DNA of 64,000 nt from Obrimoposthia wandeli (Eukaryota), in NCBI GenBank assembly GCA_977020255.1, contig CDROCS010000318.1, positions 248,001 to 312,000 of the forward strand, in the 5' to 3' direction. A program made the translations under genes and the position numbers. Positions 10,958 through 22,668 of this stretch are shown here, piece after piece. Every line of letters begins with the position of its first letter. Position 1 is the first letter of the stretch. The notes beneath the pieces are model-generated. The model had not been told where the DNA came from, made no database searches, and saw nothing but the letters and a program-made list of their open reading frames with translations.

Positions 10958-13150
10958 CAAACTATCGACACTCTTATTTTTTAAAATTACATTCACTTGC
11001 TAAACCCACTTACTTGTATTGAAAATTCAAACTAACAATCACTTGCTCGTCATACTTGCATTCAATCTAACTATAATTTATTCAACAAAAACTCTATTTT
11101 AATTTACTTATAGTCTAAATTACACTTGCATTCAATCAAACTATCGACACTCTTATTTTTAAAATTACATTCACTTGCTAAACCCACTTACTTGTATTGA
11201 AATTCAAACTATCAATCACTTGCTCGTCATACTTGCATTCAATCTAACTATAATTTATTCAACAAAAACTCTATTTTAATTTACTTATAGTCTAAATTAC
11301 ACTTGCATTCAATCAAACTATCGACACTCTTATTTTTAAAATTACATTCACTTGCTAAACCCACTTACTTGTATTGAAAATTCAAACTATCTATCACTTG
11401 CTCGTCATACTTGCATTCAATCTAACTATAATTTATTCAACAAAAACTCTATTTTAATTTACTTATAGTCTAAATTACACTTGCATTCAATCAAACTATC
11501 GACACTCTTATTTTTAAAATTACATTCACTTGCTAAACCCACTTACTTGTATTGAAAATTCAAACTATCAATCACTTGCTCGTCATACTTGCATTCAATC
11601 TAACTATAATTTATTCAACAAAAACTCTATTTTAATTTACTTATAGTCTAAATTACACTTGCATTCAATCAAACTATCGACACTCTTATTTTTAAAATTA
11701 CATTCACTTGCTAAACCCACTTACTTGTATTGAAAATTCAAACTATCAATCACTTGCTCGTCATACTTGCATTCAATCTAACTATAATTTATTCAACAAA
11801 ACTCTATTTTAATTTACTTATAGTCTAAATTACACTTGCATTCAATCAAACTATCGACACTCTTATTTTTAAAATTACATTCACTTGCTAAACCCACTTA
11901 CTTGTATTGAAAATTCAAACTATCAATCACTTGCTCGTCATACTTGCATTCAATCTAACTATAATTTATTCAACAAAAACTCTATTTTAATTTACTTATA
12001 GTCTAAATTACACTTGCATTCAATCAAACTATCGACACTCTTATTTTTAAAATTACATTCACTTGCTAAACCCACTTACTTGTATTGAAAATTCAAACTA
12101 TCAATCACTTGCTCGTCATACTTGCATTCAATCTAACTATAATTTATTCAACAAAACTCTATTTTAATTTACTTATAGTCTAAATTACACTTGCATTCAA
12201 TCAAACTATCGACACTCTTATTTTTAAAATTACATTCACTTGCTAAACCCACTTACTTGTATTGAAAATTCAAACTATCAATCACTTGCTCGTCATACTT
12301 GCATTCAATCTAACTATAATTTATTCAACAAAAACTCTATTTTAATTTACTTATAGTCTAAATTACACTTGCATTCAATCAAACTATCGACACTCTTATT
12401 TTTAAAATTACATTCACTTGCTAAACCCACTTACTTGTATTGAAAATTCAAACTATCAATCACTTGCTCGTCATACTTGCATTCAATCTAACTATAATTT
12501 ATTCAACAAAACCTCTATTTTAATTTACTTATAGTCTAAATTACACTTGCATTCAATCAAACTATCGACACTCTTATTTTTAAAATTACATTCACTTGCT
12601 AAACCCACTTACTTGTATTGAAAATTCAAACTATCAATCACTTGCTCGTCATACTTGCATTCAATCTAACTATAATTTATTCAACAAAACTCTATTTTAA
12701 TTTACTTATAGTCTAAATTACACTTGCATTCAATCAAACTATCGACACTCTTATTTTTAAAATTACATTCACTTGCTAAACCCACTTACTTGTATTGAAA
12801 ATTCAAACTATCAATCACTTGCTCGTCATACTTGCATTCAATCTAACTATAATTTATTCAACAAAAACTCTATTTTAATTTACTTATAGTCTAAATTACA
12901 CTTGCATTCAATCAAACTATCGACACTCTTATTTTTTAAAATTACATTCACTTGCTAAACCCACTTACTTGTATTGAAAATTCAAACTATCAATCACTTG
13001 CTCGTCATACTTGCATTCAATCTAACTATAATTTATTCAACAAAAACTCTATTTTAATTTACTTATAGTCTAAATTACACTTGCATTCAATCAAACTATC
13101 GACACTCTTATTTTTAAAATTACATTCACTTGCTAAACCCTCTTACTTGT
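10958..13150 (-). repeat. 178-bp satellite, 12 full units (right arm)
   Basis: Marker CGACACT occurs 13 times from 10966 to 13100, spaced 177-179 bp. Confidence 0.95.
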
Positions 13151-13669
13151 AAATGACATTCATACTTGCATGCATAATTTTATTCATTTACATTCATTCT
13201 ACCTCTCATTTATTCAAACTCACATTCAAATATTCAAAATAAATTAATATTTTTACTAATTTTCTATTAATACCGTTGTAACATAGTCGTTGAAACGAAA
13301 AGAATGTATAAAGAATGGACTTTCTTACTTTGTAAATGTTATTCACTTAAGTTTGAAGATGATATTATGAAATTACATAATAAATGTGTTTAATTTTGTA
13401 TTATTCTCTGACTTCTTTCTTATTTTATTTTTATTTTAATATATAATTGAAGTTATTTAAAGAAATTTTATCATAATTCTATAAATGTGAAAACCTAGGA
13501 AAATAATTAGATCTAAACTTTCACATAGAATAGTGTGTGTGTTAAAAACCACATTCCTTAACTGATAAGAGTGAACTTTAGCCTTGATTTTCACATAAAA
13601 TAGTGTGTGTATGATTACGTCATATATTCTTAATTGTTAAGTGTGAACTTTATCATAAATTTTCATTAT

Positions 13670-14020
13670 GGACTAGATCACAAAAAAGAAGGGTGGAGAC
13701 TAAGCCACTTGATCCTTTGAATTAGTGGTTAACCAAAAATAAGGGTGGAGACTAGACCACAAGAGATGGGTGGAGACTAAGCCACTTGATCCTTTGAATT
13801 AGTGGTTAACCAAAAATAAGGGTGGAGACTAGACCACAAAAAGATGGGTGGAGACTAGATCACTAAAAGAAGGGTGGAGACTAGATCACTAAAAGAAGGG
13901 TGGAGACTAGACCACAAAAAGATGGGTGGAGACTAGACCACAAAAAGAAGGGTGGAGACTAAGCCAATTGACCCTTTCATAGTGGTATATCTCAAAAAGA
14001 AGGGTGGAGACTAAGCCAAT
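13670..14020 (-). repeat. 26-bp subterminal repeat (GGGTGGAGAC), 10 copies
   Basis: Core at 13691, 13743, 13768, 13820, 13846, 13872, 13898, 13924, 13950 and 14002. Confidence 0.9.
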
Positions 14021-14059
14021 TGACCCTTTAAACTATGGACGACCATAGTAGTATATCAA

Positions 14060-14299
14060 GGAAGGATGGAGTCTAGATCAATTTACCCCCCCCCATCCCC
14101 CTCCCTCTAAAGGGTGTCACACCATAAGGGTGTCACACCATAAAAGGTGTCTTGCCACACCATAAGGGTATATGTTGCCTCACCAGAGGTGAGGCAACAT
14201 ATACCCTTATGGTGTGGCAAGACACCTTTTATGGTGTGACATCCTTATGGAGTGACACCCTTTAGGGGGGGGGTAAATTGGTCTAGACTCCATCCTTCC
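14060..14299. repeat. Terminal palindrome/hairpin, right (240 nt)
   Basis: Mirror copy of 421-659, centred on CCTCACC-AGA-GGTGAGG. Confidence 0.92.
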
Positions 14300-15038
14300 A
14301 CCTACTAATAGCCCGACGATTGTTGTAATTGTTTTTCTGTATGTGCATGTAAAAAGGAAAATATGATGAAAATTCTGACTGCGATGGTGAGTGTGAGGAT
14401 TGTAATAAACAAAGAGCTGAGGTGATAAATCTGAAATTTTGGATAAGTAGAGAAACAATGAAAAGGTCAGTTTAAGTGGTGATGAAATTAGTGTAATGCA
14501 CGTTTATTTTGAAAACAAAGTTGATGATCAAGTTATCTTTATTTCATGGTTATTGTGTTATAATGCTACTCATGTTCCCGAAAAACTTTATCTTTATGTG
14601 TGAATAATTTGTGCATCACGTCGACCACGAAGTTAACAGTGTTCAATTGTATGTATTTGGTATTGACAACTTAAAATGATTCTAATTATGACGATCTTTG
14701 AAAGGTTATTCTTAATTTTTATCATTAATTAAACATACTATGTGAATTTATTGGATAGTGGTACTTAGAAATTAAAACATAATTTGGCAGATAAAATATA
14801 GTTACCTCTATAGCAGAAGTGTCCAGACGTTTTCAGGCGCGAGTAAAATCAATGATTCTCTTAATCTTTAAGTCAAAAACTTCTTCAAAAAATCGAAAAT
14901 GATTATTTTTGGATCTTTTCAGTTTTTATAATAAACAAATAAAATTCATAAATTTTCTAATATTATCAGATTTCAGTTAAAATTTGTCCAAAAATACATC
15001 CACTGTTATATTTTACCTTACTTTACCTTACTCCAAAG

Positions 15039-15423
15039 GAACTGGCTCCAATAAGAGTATATCGTGGTGCAATGAGTCCTGGATATGAACTTATTCTTTA
15101 TCTTGGCGTTCCCCTAAGTACTTGCAATTGTGTGTGTGTGCTGATGTTTGTAAGTCTATGGAATTATTACTATTATTTACTGTCAGAGGAATAATATTTG
15201 TATTATTCTTCAAATATGTATATGCCTTCCAAAAATCTGATACAATCGTTTTCCCAGATAAATTAAAGCTTTAAATTGTATCCACTAATGAAACATTGTT
15301 TTATTTCTCGACATATGACACCAGATACCCATTGATTTGGCAGCTGGTAAACAATATGGTTATTTTGACCTGAGCAACAGCTCTCATCTATCTCAACAAC
15401 AATTCCGGGCCTCCAATCGATGA
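15039..15423 (+). CDS. Possible last two exons (15039-15149, 15325-15423) of an unidentified plus-strand gene
   Basis: AG/GT-bounded, phase-0 compatible frames: ELAPIRVYRGAMSPGYELILYLGVPLSTCNCVCVLMF + IPIDLAAGKQYGYFDLSNSSHLSQQQFRASNR*. No family recognised. Confidence 0.3.
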
Positions 15424-15949
15424 TTATAACTGATCATCTCAGAGTTAGTTCGCTCAATCCACAACGATGCAAGGGTTAATATCAAATTCTTCTTCACAAA
15501 AGCATACGGTGCTATATTCGTTGACTATCAATAAATATATAATACAAATTTATGGTAGGGAAGTCGGGACTCTTCAAGCCAAGTTTATTTCCTTAGCGAC
15601 TTTTCTTTGCGGTATCCATTCCGACGACATCGCCATCTATCATGTCGATCTATTAAGTTCAAAGTCATGTCTTCAGAGAAATTCAAATATGTAGGAGGAA
15701 TACTTACTCTCTGTAAGAGCGAACGATACTTTTATTGTCGTTGCATTCTTGTATTAACTTCAGCAACTTCATCGTCAACGAAACAAAATTTCAAAAATGT
15801 AACTAAATAAAACAAACGTTTTAGCAAATAACATTTAAAACAACAATTAAACTGATTTCATTAAATGGCTTAAAACTAGTTATATGATAAAAATACTATT
15901 GACCTGCATGTTTCTGATATTTTAAAATGAAAAGAGAAATATTGCTAAC

Positions 15950-16069
15950 CATATCATAATCCTTGAAATATGGTGCGATGTTGATTCGTCGCTGCTTCAC
16001 CTGTTCTTTCATAGCATTAAGGATAACAGATATTTTCTTCTCCTCGTTTAATGACAGATTCTGTAGAGC
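15950..16069 (-). CDS. EF-hand-like repeat protein, exon 7 (3' end of gene unresolved)
   Basis: Follows a 43-nt intron; encodes ALQNLSLNEEKKISVILNAMKEQVKQRRINIAPYFKDYDM; GTTAGC donor. Exons 1-7 total 390 codons. Confidence 0.75.
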
Positions 16070-16112
16070 CTGTTGAGAAATTAGTCTCGATGCAGTTCTC
16101 CAATAGAATTAC

Positions 16113-16186
16113 CCTTGATAAAGACCCACTCGGAGGATAGGGAGCTTCTTTCAGAGGATCTTTCTCCATATTCAGCACATGGAAAG
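16113..16186 (-). CDS. EF-hand-like repeat protein, exon 6
   Basis: TTTTCTAG acceptor; encodes (P)FHVLNMEKDPLKEAPYPPSGSLSR; phase-consistent. Confidence 0.75.
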
Positions 16187-17576
16187 CTAGAAAACAATTA
16201 ATTCCAATAAAATTTGTTTTAGAGTTTAAGGGATTTTGACATTCAGATTCAAGTGAACGTCTTAAAACTTTGTTTGGAATTCACTGTACGTTCATTTCTA
16301 TAATCATCAACGTATAAGCCTCCTACTTACATTTAAAATTATTAACGGTGAACTATAGGTGAAACATAGGATAATGTAAGCTTAAATTGTCATGGGGATA
16401 TTGAAAAAGATATTATATACGAATTCCTAGTGGACCATGTTTGATACGCAGAACTGACGACCTAGAGAACGGGAATATCTGAGTGAGCAGTAATAAATAT
16501 CGTATCTATCCAAATCGATATTCACATCATGTTTATTAGATGATAATTCTACAAACTTAGTAACAATATAGATAAGGGAAGACGGAAAATTACATTTGTA
16601 CTTATGAAATAAAAGAAGAAAAGATTCGGATGATATAAATTTTCTTAATAGAATTCAAAATTTTCAATTCAATTTTAATAAATTCAATAATAAATTCTTT
16701 CATATTTTTATCAAAAATTTTATAAAGAATCTCATTTAATTTTGTAGAAATTACGTTTGTAAAATATGTTAAGCGATAAAGATTGTTAACTTATTTCAAT
16801 TTTATAAGAAAAATATTAATATGTTATTTGTTTAATTTGTTTGAACCTTCTAAAATTACACATAAAGTTTAATATGAATTCCATTAAAGATTATTTTAGA
16901 AAATACTTTTTTTATTGACTATATTTATTCATTTATTTAAATGATAAAGTTAATCTAGTTTTTTGTTTCTAAGTTATATACATTTAATTAATTATAACTA
17001 TTTCAAAAGAATCAGTATTAGCTATATTTTATAATTTTTTTTGTATAGTACATTTAAAATTTATCTGTAATATATTATTGAATAAATATATTGAAATTAA
17101 TCATATGCATTATTATTTAAATTAGTAATAATTAAAAAGACTGTTTTGTAATATATTTACAATAATTTCTAAAGTTATTTGCAATATTATTTTAATATAA
17201 CAAATTATAGAAAATAATATTTAAAACTGTACATTTATAACTTTTAACTTAATACAGATAGGTCGTTAAAAACTATACAGAATTATTTTAATTAATCATT
17301 TTGTTGCTTGATTTTTTAATAATTTTTGTCCAATTTGATTTGTGACCGAAAATGTATGAAATTTGTTGATACATATAACAACGGTTAGAATATACTAATA
17401 AAAACATGTCGCAAATAGTTCACGAGTGTATTGTGTCGACAAACTTTGACTCGTGTATGAAATGGGTTAAATAAGCGACACTGTCCATTGGTTCGCAGAT
17501 CAATCTGACATTATTGCACCAGGTTGAAAGTTATCGACGGTAAACGGGGCAACTACAATGAGATTTTTCCACTTAC

Positions 17577-17773
17577 GATTATCCATGTTACGGCAGAAAT
17601 CGCGATAAGAAACAAATCCATCCGGTCGTCGATAATAATTGGCCAGTTTCTGAATCTCGCCTCGGGCCAATCCGGACTCCCGGCCAATGGCCATGCTCAG
17701 GGCACACACAAATTGGTTCTCAGTGACTGAGTCATGTCTGAGTTTGTCATGATCCACAAAGAAATCCATGATC
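17577..17773 (-). CDS. EF-hand-like repeat protein, exon 5
   Basis: Encodes (R)IMDFFVDHDKLRHDSVTENQFVCAL...DGFVSYRDFCRNMDN; GTAAGT donor, phase 1. Repeats the D-x-D-K-L-R-x-x-x-V-T-x-x-Q-F motif of exons 1-2. Confidence 0.85.
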
Positions 17774-18822
17774 CTGCGTGAGCATTGTTAAATTATAAAT
17801 TGGTTTTAAGGCTTCGATTTGATGTAAATTGAATATTTTCGAAACCAATAATATGTCTTATTTTAGATAAGCTTTTTAAATGTGTTAAAATATTAAATCT
17901 CTTAAATGATAATGAAAAACGTTTGGTACTGGAAGGATTAGAATTCCTTTCAAATTTACAGTAATTAAAAAGTTGTTGAATAAAACAAAGAAAAAGTGTA
18001 TTGGATCAACGTACACTAGCAAGGGAAAATTTTGAAAGTGTAATACTGTTAAATTGACGAGATTAAAATCCTTGATATATATAAGAGAAAAAGTAATAAA
18101 AAAGTTATGAATTTAGTTTTAAGTCAAACATTTCAAATTATTTGTTTATCTAAACGAAAGTTATTTAAAATTTTGTTTAAACATAAAATAAACTATTTTG
18201 AAAGTTATAATATTTTTTAATAATATAAACTTTAGTTTCAGTTATTTGAAAAATAGTATAACTTATTTATTAGAATAACCTATATACACAGTTACAGAAA
18301 ATAATTATTTCGAAACAAGTTTCGTTTCAATTTTTGTTAATTTCAGAGCATTAAAATAAAATTTGATTGTTTATTTCCAAATTTCTTCATTTTTCATGGT
18401 ATTTAGCAGATGAATGATAAAAATGATATCTTATAAATATTTACTTTTATTTAAAATTGATAAACTTAATATTCAGAAATGCCCAGTTGCGATTATTTCC
18501 TTGTTAAAAAATGCAAAACGGGCTTCAAAGTCAAAATCTATAATATTGAAATTAAAAACATTGTAAAAATTTAGATTTGAATTTAAGTTACAAATAAATT
18601 AAACTGTAAGGATATGTAATTATAAATTGAAGAGTATAACTAAAATAAGAAAATGCTTTTCAAATCGAAAAATAATAATAACAGAGGCCTAAATTTCATC
18701 CATATTAGACTTTTAAATTAAGCTTCAATGCAGTAGAATTGAAAACTATGTAAACTTGAGGTAAAGACGTAGACTATATAGGGAACAAGCAACTGCTTCG
18801 TCCAAACCTGCAACCATGAGTA

Positions 18823-20612
18823 CACCTATTGTAACTTAGTAAGTTATACTAAGTCAATTAGTAAGTTAGAATCACTTAAACGTGATTAGATCATTTAATT
18901 ACCAATGTAATTGCAAATGATTTAAGTGGTTTTAACTTATTTGTAGTTTAACTTATTTAACAGTTTAATGTTATTTTATACACTTTAACTGTTTTTAAAC
19001 TTTAAATTTTACAGTTAAACGTGATTTTATTATATAATTTATATTTATTATAATTATATAATGATTTAACTGTTTTTTGGATATAAAGTTTAAAAAGGAA
19101 TGAAGAAAAAATAAATAGAAATGTTATATTTATAATACATAGTTATAAAATGGATTCTTTCTTCATGTATCGCGGAAAGAATTTTTTTATGTGACTGTAA
19201 TGAGAAGTTACATCTTGGTTTGAGGAATCAATCAGTACGCCAGCGATACTTTCGCGGATTTTAAATATTTTTTCCTCCGATGAAGCTTGCAGCATACCAG
19301 CAGTCCGCGTAAGTTTCTTCCTCACATCACTTTTCACTTTAGAAAAAACCGTTTCAATAGGGTTTAAAAGGGACTGTAAGGGGGTAAATTTACAATTTTG
19401 TGGAGTGATGAGGTGGTGAGTGTCCGATTGTGGATACTGGCGTTGTCATGGATAAGATAATGTTGGGTATCTGGTAATCGTAGAGACAGATCTGCTACGA
19501 AAGCTTGATAAAGTAAATGGGTAAACGATCCTGCTACAACTTCAGAATGTACAGGACCCTGTTTTGAAATTGCCATGACGAGGCTTAGTGATCGGGATCG
19601 AGCTGGGACGGTATGGTATATACGAAGTCCCCGTCGAGATCGACCCATTCTTTGTCTTGTCCAGACATTTATAGACGTTTCATCTATATAGATGCATTCT
19701 TTGGACTTCCAACCTTCTTCCATCAATTTTGTTACGTATTCGCAACGCAAATCTTTTACGGCATCTGAGTTTTGCCAACTACAGAGTACCTTATTTTCTT
19801 CCGGGTGACAAGTTGACCTTTTAAAAAATTAGCGATTGTTTTCATGCTGGGACTAATATTGTGATTTTCTGCCACGAACATATTAATCTCATTTAAAGTA
19901 GCTGTGTTGTTGGCGTCCAGAAAACATAAAATTGCTTCACCGATAGTTTCGGTTATTAATTTGTGCCGATAACCTCCAACATGTCCAGTTGACAGAACTT
20001 CATTCTTATTGTACCTTTTAGAATAATAATTTTAAAAATTCAAATGAAATACCTGGACACTAAATTGTATATGGACCCCGAACACTGGTAGCCCAACATC
20101 TTAGCTAATGATACATAATCATGTCCTTCATGATAACATTTTATGATTCTTTCCTTATCTATACGAGAAATTCTATAAAAAATAAAGATATGTTAAATGT
20201 TAAAAAACAAACTTTTGTCGAGATTTAAGTGGTGTAGGCTGACTAGGTCCATCCAAATCATTAAATCGGAAAGGAAATGTACGCTCAGACTCTACACTCG
20301 ATATATTTGAAAGGTTTTCATACATTTTTAATATACCTAATCTAACTTAGTAAGTTCTTTTTAACTTAGTAAGTTGCTATCAAATTGTGCCTCTCGGTGG
20401 GTTTTGATTGGATTGTTATTATTTTCAAATCCACGTATGTATGTGGTATTTTATTTTTACCTGTATTTTAATCTAATAACCTATTTTTAATTTAGTAACT
20501 TGGCCAGAAACTCAGTTGTACCCAATTCAGGCTATGTGATTCTATTCAAATATCAAATGCAGGTATTAATTTAGTAACTTATCTAATTTAATTTACTAAT
20601 TTACAATAGGCG
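18823..20612 (-). mobile_element. IS630/Tc1-superfamily DNA transposon (~1.8 kb) in intron 4 of the EF-hand gene
   Basis: Imperfect TIRs CCTATTGTAA(C/A)TTAGTAA at 18825 and 20610; TA on the left flank only; subterminal TTAGTAAGTT repeats; internal DDE transposase. Confidence 0.8.
19143..20000 (-). pseudogene. Frameshifted Tc1/IS630-like DDE transposase
   Basis: Motifs IYIDET, LIHDNASIH and LPPYSPF-(L)NPIE. There is a 1-nt loss in a T-run near 19366 and another frameshift near 19780. Confidence 0.85.
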
Positions 20613-20786
20613 TCGTAGATTTGACAATCAATGTTGGAATTGAGAAAGTGAAAACAAACAGAACAGAAAAGGATACTTTTGTAAAATAAATTATCATTAG
20701 TTACTCTCTACTTGTAGTTTGGAGTGAGTACACGGATAACGCATCTGACTACAGGTCGAAAGAAGCCCACAATACCAAAGCCCAAC

Positions 20787-21070
20787 CTGATACCGCGCTT
20801 GTGGACAGTGAAGCGGATTCTGTCCTCGATCATCTGCACCGATGGACTGTCACACCGTTCTTGGGGCAGCATTCTGGCCGCTCGAGCTGTATCCTCGGTG
20901 GTGTTGAGCACCGCCATCTGTTGTAGCCTGATGTCTTCTATGGCCACAAGGTCGTTGTGCAGATTCAGGTAGTTGATCATTGTTGGATTCTCAGGGTGTC
21001 TGTATTTGCGAACTAGCAGAGTTAGTTCTGTGTCAGTGATGTCCTTGGGACCCGGAAATCCGCGGTAGAA
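20787..21070 (-). CDS. EF-hand-like repeat protein, exon 4
   Basis: TTTCTGCAG acceptor; encodes FYRGFPGPKDITDTELTLLVRKY...INYLNLHND...IEDRIRFTVHKRGI(R); GTTGGG donor, phase 2. Confidence 0.82.
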
Positions 21071-21369
21071 CTGCAGAAATAGGAATTTCCAGTGCGGAGT
21101 TTGAAGATACGGGAGAAAATTGAATTTTTAGTCATTTAATCAATCGCGTGAAAGAATTTATCGATGGAAAATATTTGTGTATTTCATAAATTGTAATTGA
21201 AATAAAGGTAAACTAGGTATACAATATTGTATGCAACTACATGTACTATATGTACTAAGAGAATAAATACTTTTATTGTTTAGTTAAGCATTTACATTTA
21301 TCTTCATAAGATAATTATAATAGAAAGAGATAGAAGGATATATAAAGGAGATAAATCCAAAAAACGAAC

Positions 21370-21535
21370 CTGTGTTTCAGTGATGAGCCCGATGTTATGG
21401 ACGTCAAAGTCCCGATAGGAATTGCGGATTGTGAATCCCTGGTATTCGTAGAATTGATTGAGTCGCTGTAGTATTGGCAACAGTCGAGCCTCAGATTCAG
21501 GTGAGAGTGGTCGTACAGAACGTACTTGACCAAGG
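21370..21535 (-). CDS. EF-hand-like repeat protein, exon 3
   Basis: CAG acceptor; encodes (Y)LGQVRSVRPLSPE...RNSYRDFDVHNIGLITETQ; GTTCGT donor, phase 0. Confidence 0.85.
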
Positions 21536-22294
21536 CTGTGTTTGAGAGAACGAATAAATATGGTCAAAACCTTTACAAAACTTTCATTATTTACCAAAAT
21601 GTCCACTGAAAGTATATCAACTCAACATAAGCCTAACGAATGTGAGTTAAATCGAAATAAGTAGCTTGCGTATACAAATAAAAAACTTGCAAAAATAATT
21701 AATTAGTTCTTTTAAATCAACTTAAATGGGTTCATCACCCAAGACGTTATTAAAGAGGCAAAAATGCTAAATTTCTGTTCATGTCGATTTTTAGTTGAAA
21801 TATCTCCGAACCTTTGCAGTCTATCTAAATGAAACTTGATAGGTGCAGTCAAAACATTTCCTACCTTTCCAAATTTATGTGCGTTGGGTGTGTGAAAGAG
21901 CCCGCTAAAAATAGGAATTTCAATATTGTGTAGGTAGATGGTTGAAATACTAGTTTTTCCCGTCTTGGGTTGAAATATCTCCCGAAGTCAAGGAAACTTT
22001 GCAGACGTAACTTAGACATCAATTGCCATTTCCGTAGGAAATTGTAGTCAAATGTAATACTTAAATATTAGGGAAATGAACATTCTTTTAATCTCGTCAG
22101 GAAAAAAGACTTTAAAAGTTTGGTTTAAATCATCGTTTAATAGCAGCAAAACTCGCTTATATATTCAAAAGTAATTTATTTGTCAGTGTGTAATATTTTC
22201 TACATATTAATTATTTTGTAGAATCGTTTCTATGAAACAACATAGAGCATCAATAATTATATCAAAGATTGCTAAAACATTCCTTCACACTTAC

Positions 22295-22490
22295 TATTCC
22301 GGAGTGTTCTTTATCTGATCAGCAGGATTAATGTGCATCAAATGAGGATCGAATTTCCCATCAACTTCTTCACAGAATCTGCGCCAATTCATCTTCTGTC
22401 CGTCACTATACCGACCCACTAATTCCTGCTCCTCTTGTTCAGAAAATTTCACACCCATATTCTGCCACAATATTCTAAAAAATTGGTTGT
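22295..22490 (-). CDS. EF-hand-like repeat protein, exon 2
   Basis: Follows a 45-nt intron; encodes NNQFFRILWQNMGVKF...MNWRRFCEEVDGKF...KNTPE; GTAAGT donor, phase 2. Confidence 0.85.
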
Positions 22491-22535
22491 CTTTTTTAAA
22501 ATAATTTTTAAACATTTGATAGAAAAAATATGTAC

Positions 22536-22668
22536 TTGTAACAAATCCAGATCGCAATTTATCAAAATCCAAAAAATATTCATTGATTCTGATACTTTTT
22601 ACATCACATGTTTCTTTTAACTTACCTTCAATATTAAATTGAGAAGTTGGTGCAACACAAGCTGACAT
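22536..22668 (-). CDS. EF-hand-like repeat protein, exon 1
   Basis: ATG at 22668; encodes MSACVAPT...IRINEYFLDFDKLRSGFVT; GTACAT donor, phase 1. Confidence 0.8.

Larger units (their letters stand above)
414..14306. mobile_element. Non-autonomous Polinton/Maverick-like foldback element (13,893 bp)
   Basis: Begins AGTAGGTGGAAGG at 414 and ends CCTTCCACCTACT at 14306. It is flanked by AATAGC at 408-413 and 14307-14312. The inverted arms are several kb long. AG...CT termini plus a 6-bp TSD are established Polinton hallmarks. No pPolB, integrase or capsid ORF is present, so the family assignment is inferred from the ends only. Confidence 0.8.
10551..14306 (-). repeat. Right terminal inverted repeat (~3.76 kb)
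   Basis: Reverse complement of the left arm. The length difference is explained by 7 extra 178-bp units and one fewer 26-bp unit. Confidence 0.92.

Noticed and set aside
421-14299. Parvovirus-like flip/flop isomers of the two terminal hairpins
   Set aside because: The right end is simply the reverse complement of the left (loop TCT vs AGA, bulge on the inner arm in both), so no inversion is visible in this copy.
414-14306. Classification as a Foldback/MULE or hAT element
   Set aside because: The TSD is 6 bp, not 8-9 bp, and the termini are AG...CT.
14207-14458. 83-aa ORF crossing the right element boundary
   Set aside because: Spans host DNA, the TSD and the hairpin; a chance frame.
17500-17576. 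Read-through C-terminus RKWKNLIVVAPF... as the gene end
   Set aside because: A strong GTAAGT donor at 17576 and phase-compatible downstream exons continue the repeat pattern.
21595-21605. 11-nt micro-exon in the EF-hand gene
   Set aside because: Including it shifts the frame; direct splicing from 22295 to 21535 keeps phase and gives a sensible protein.
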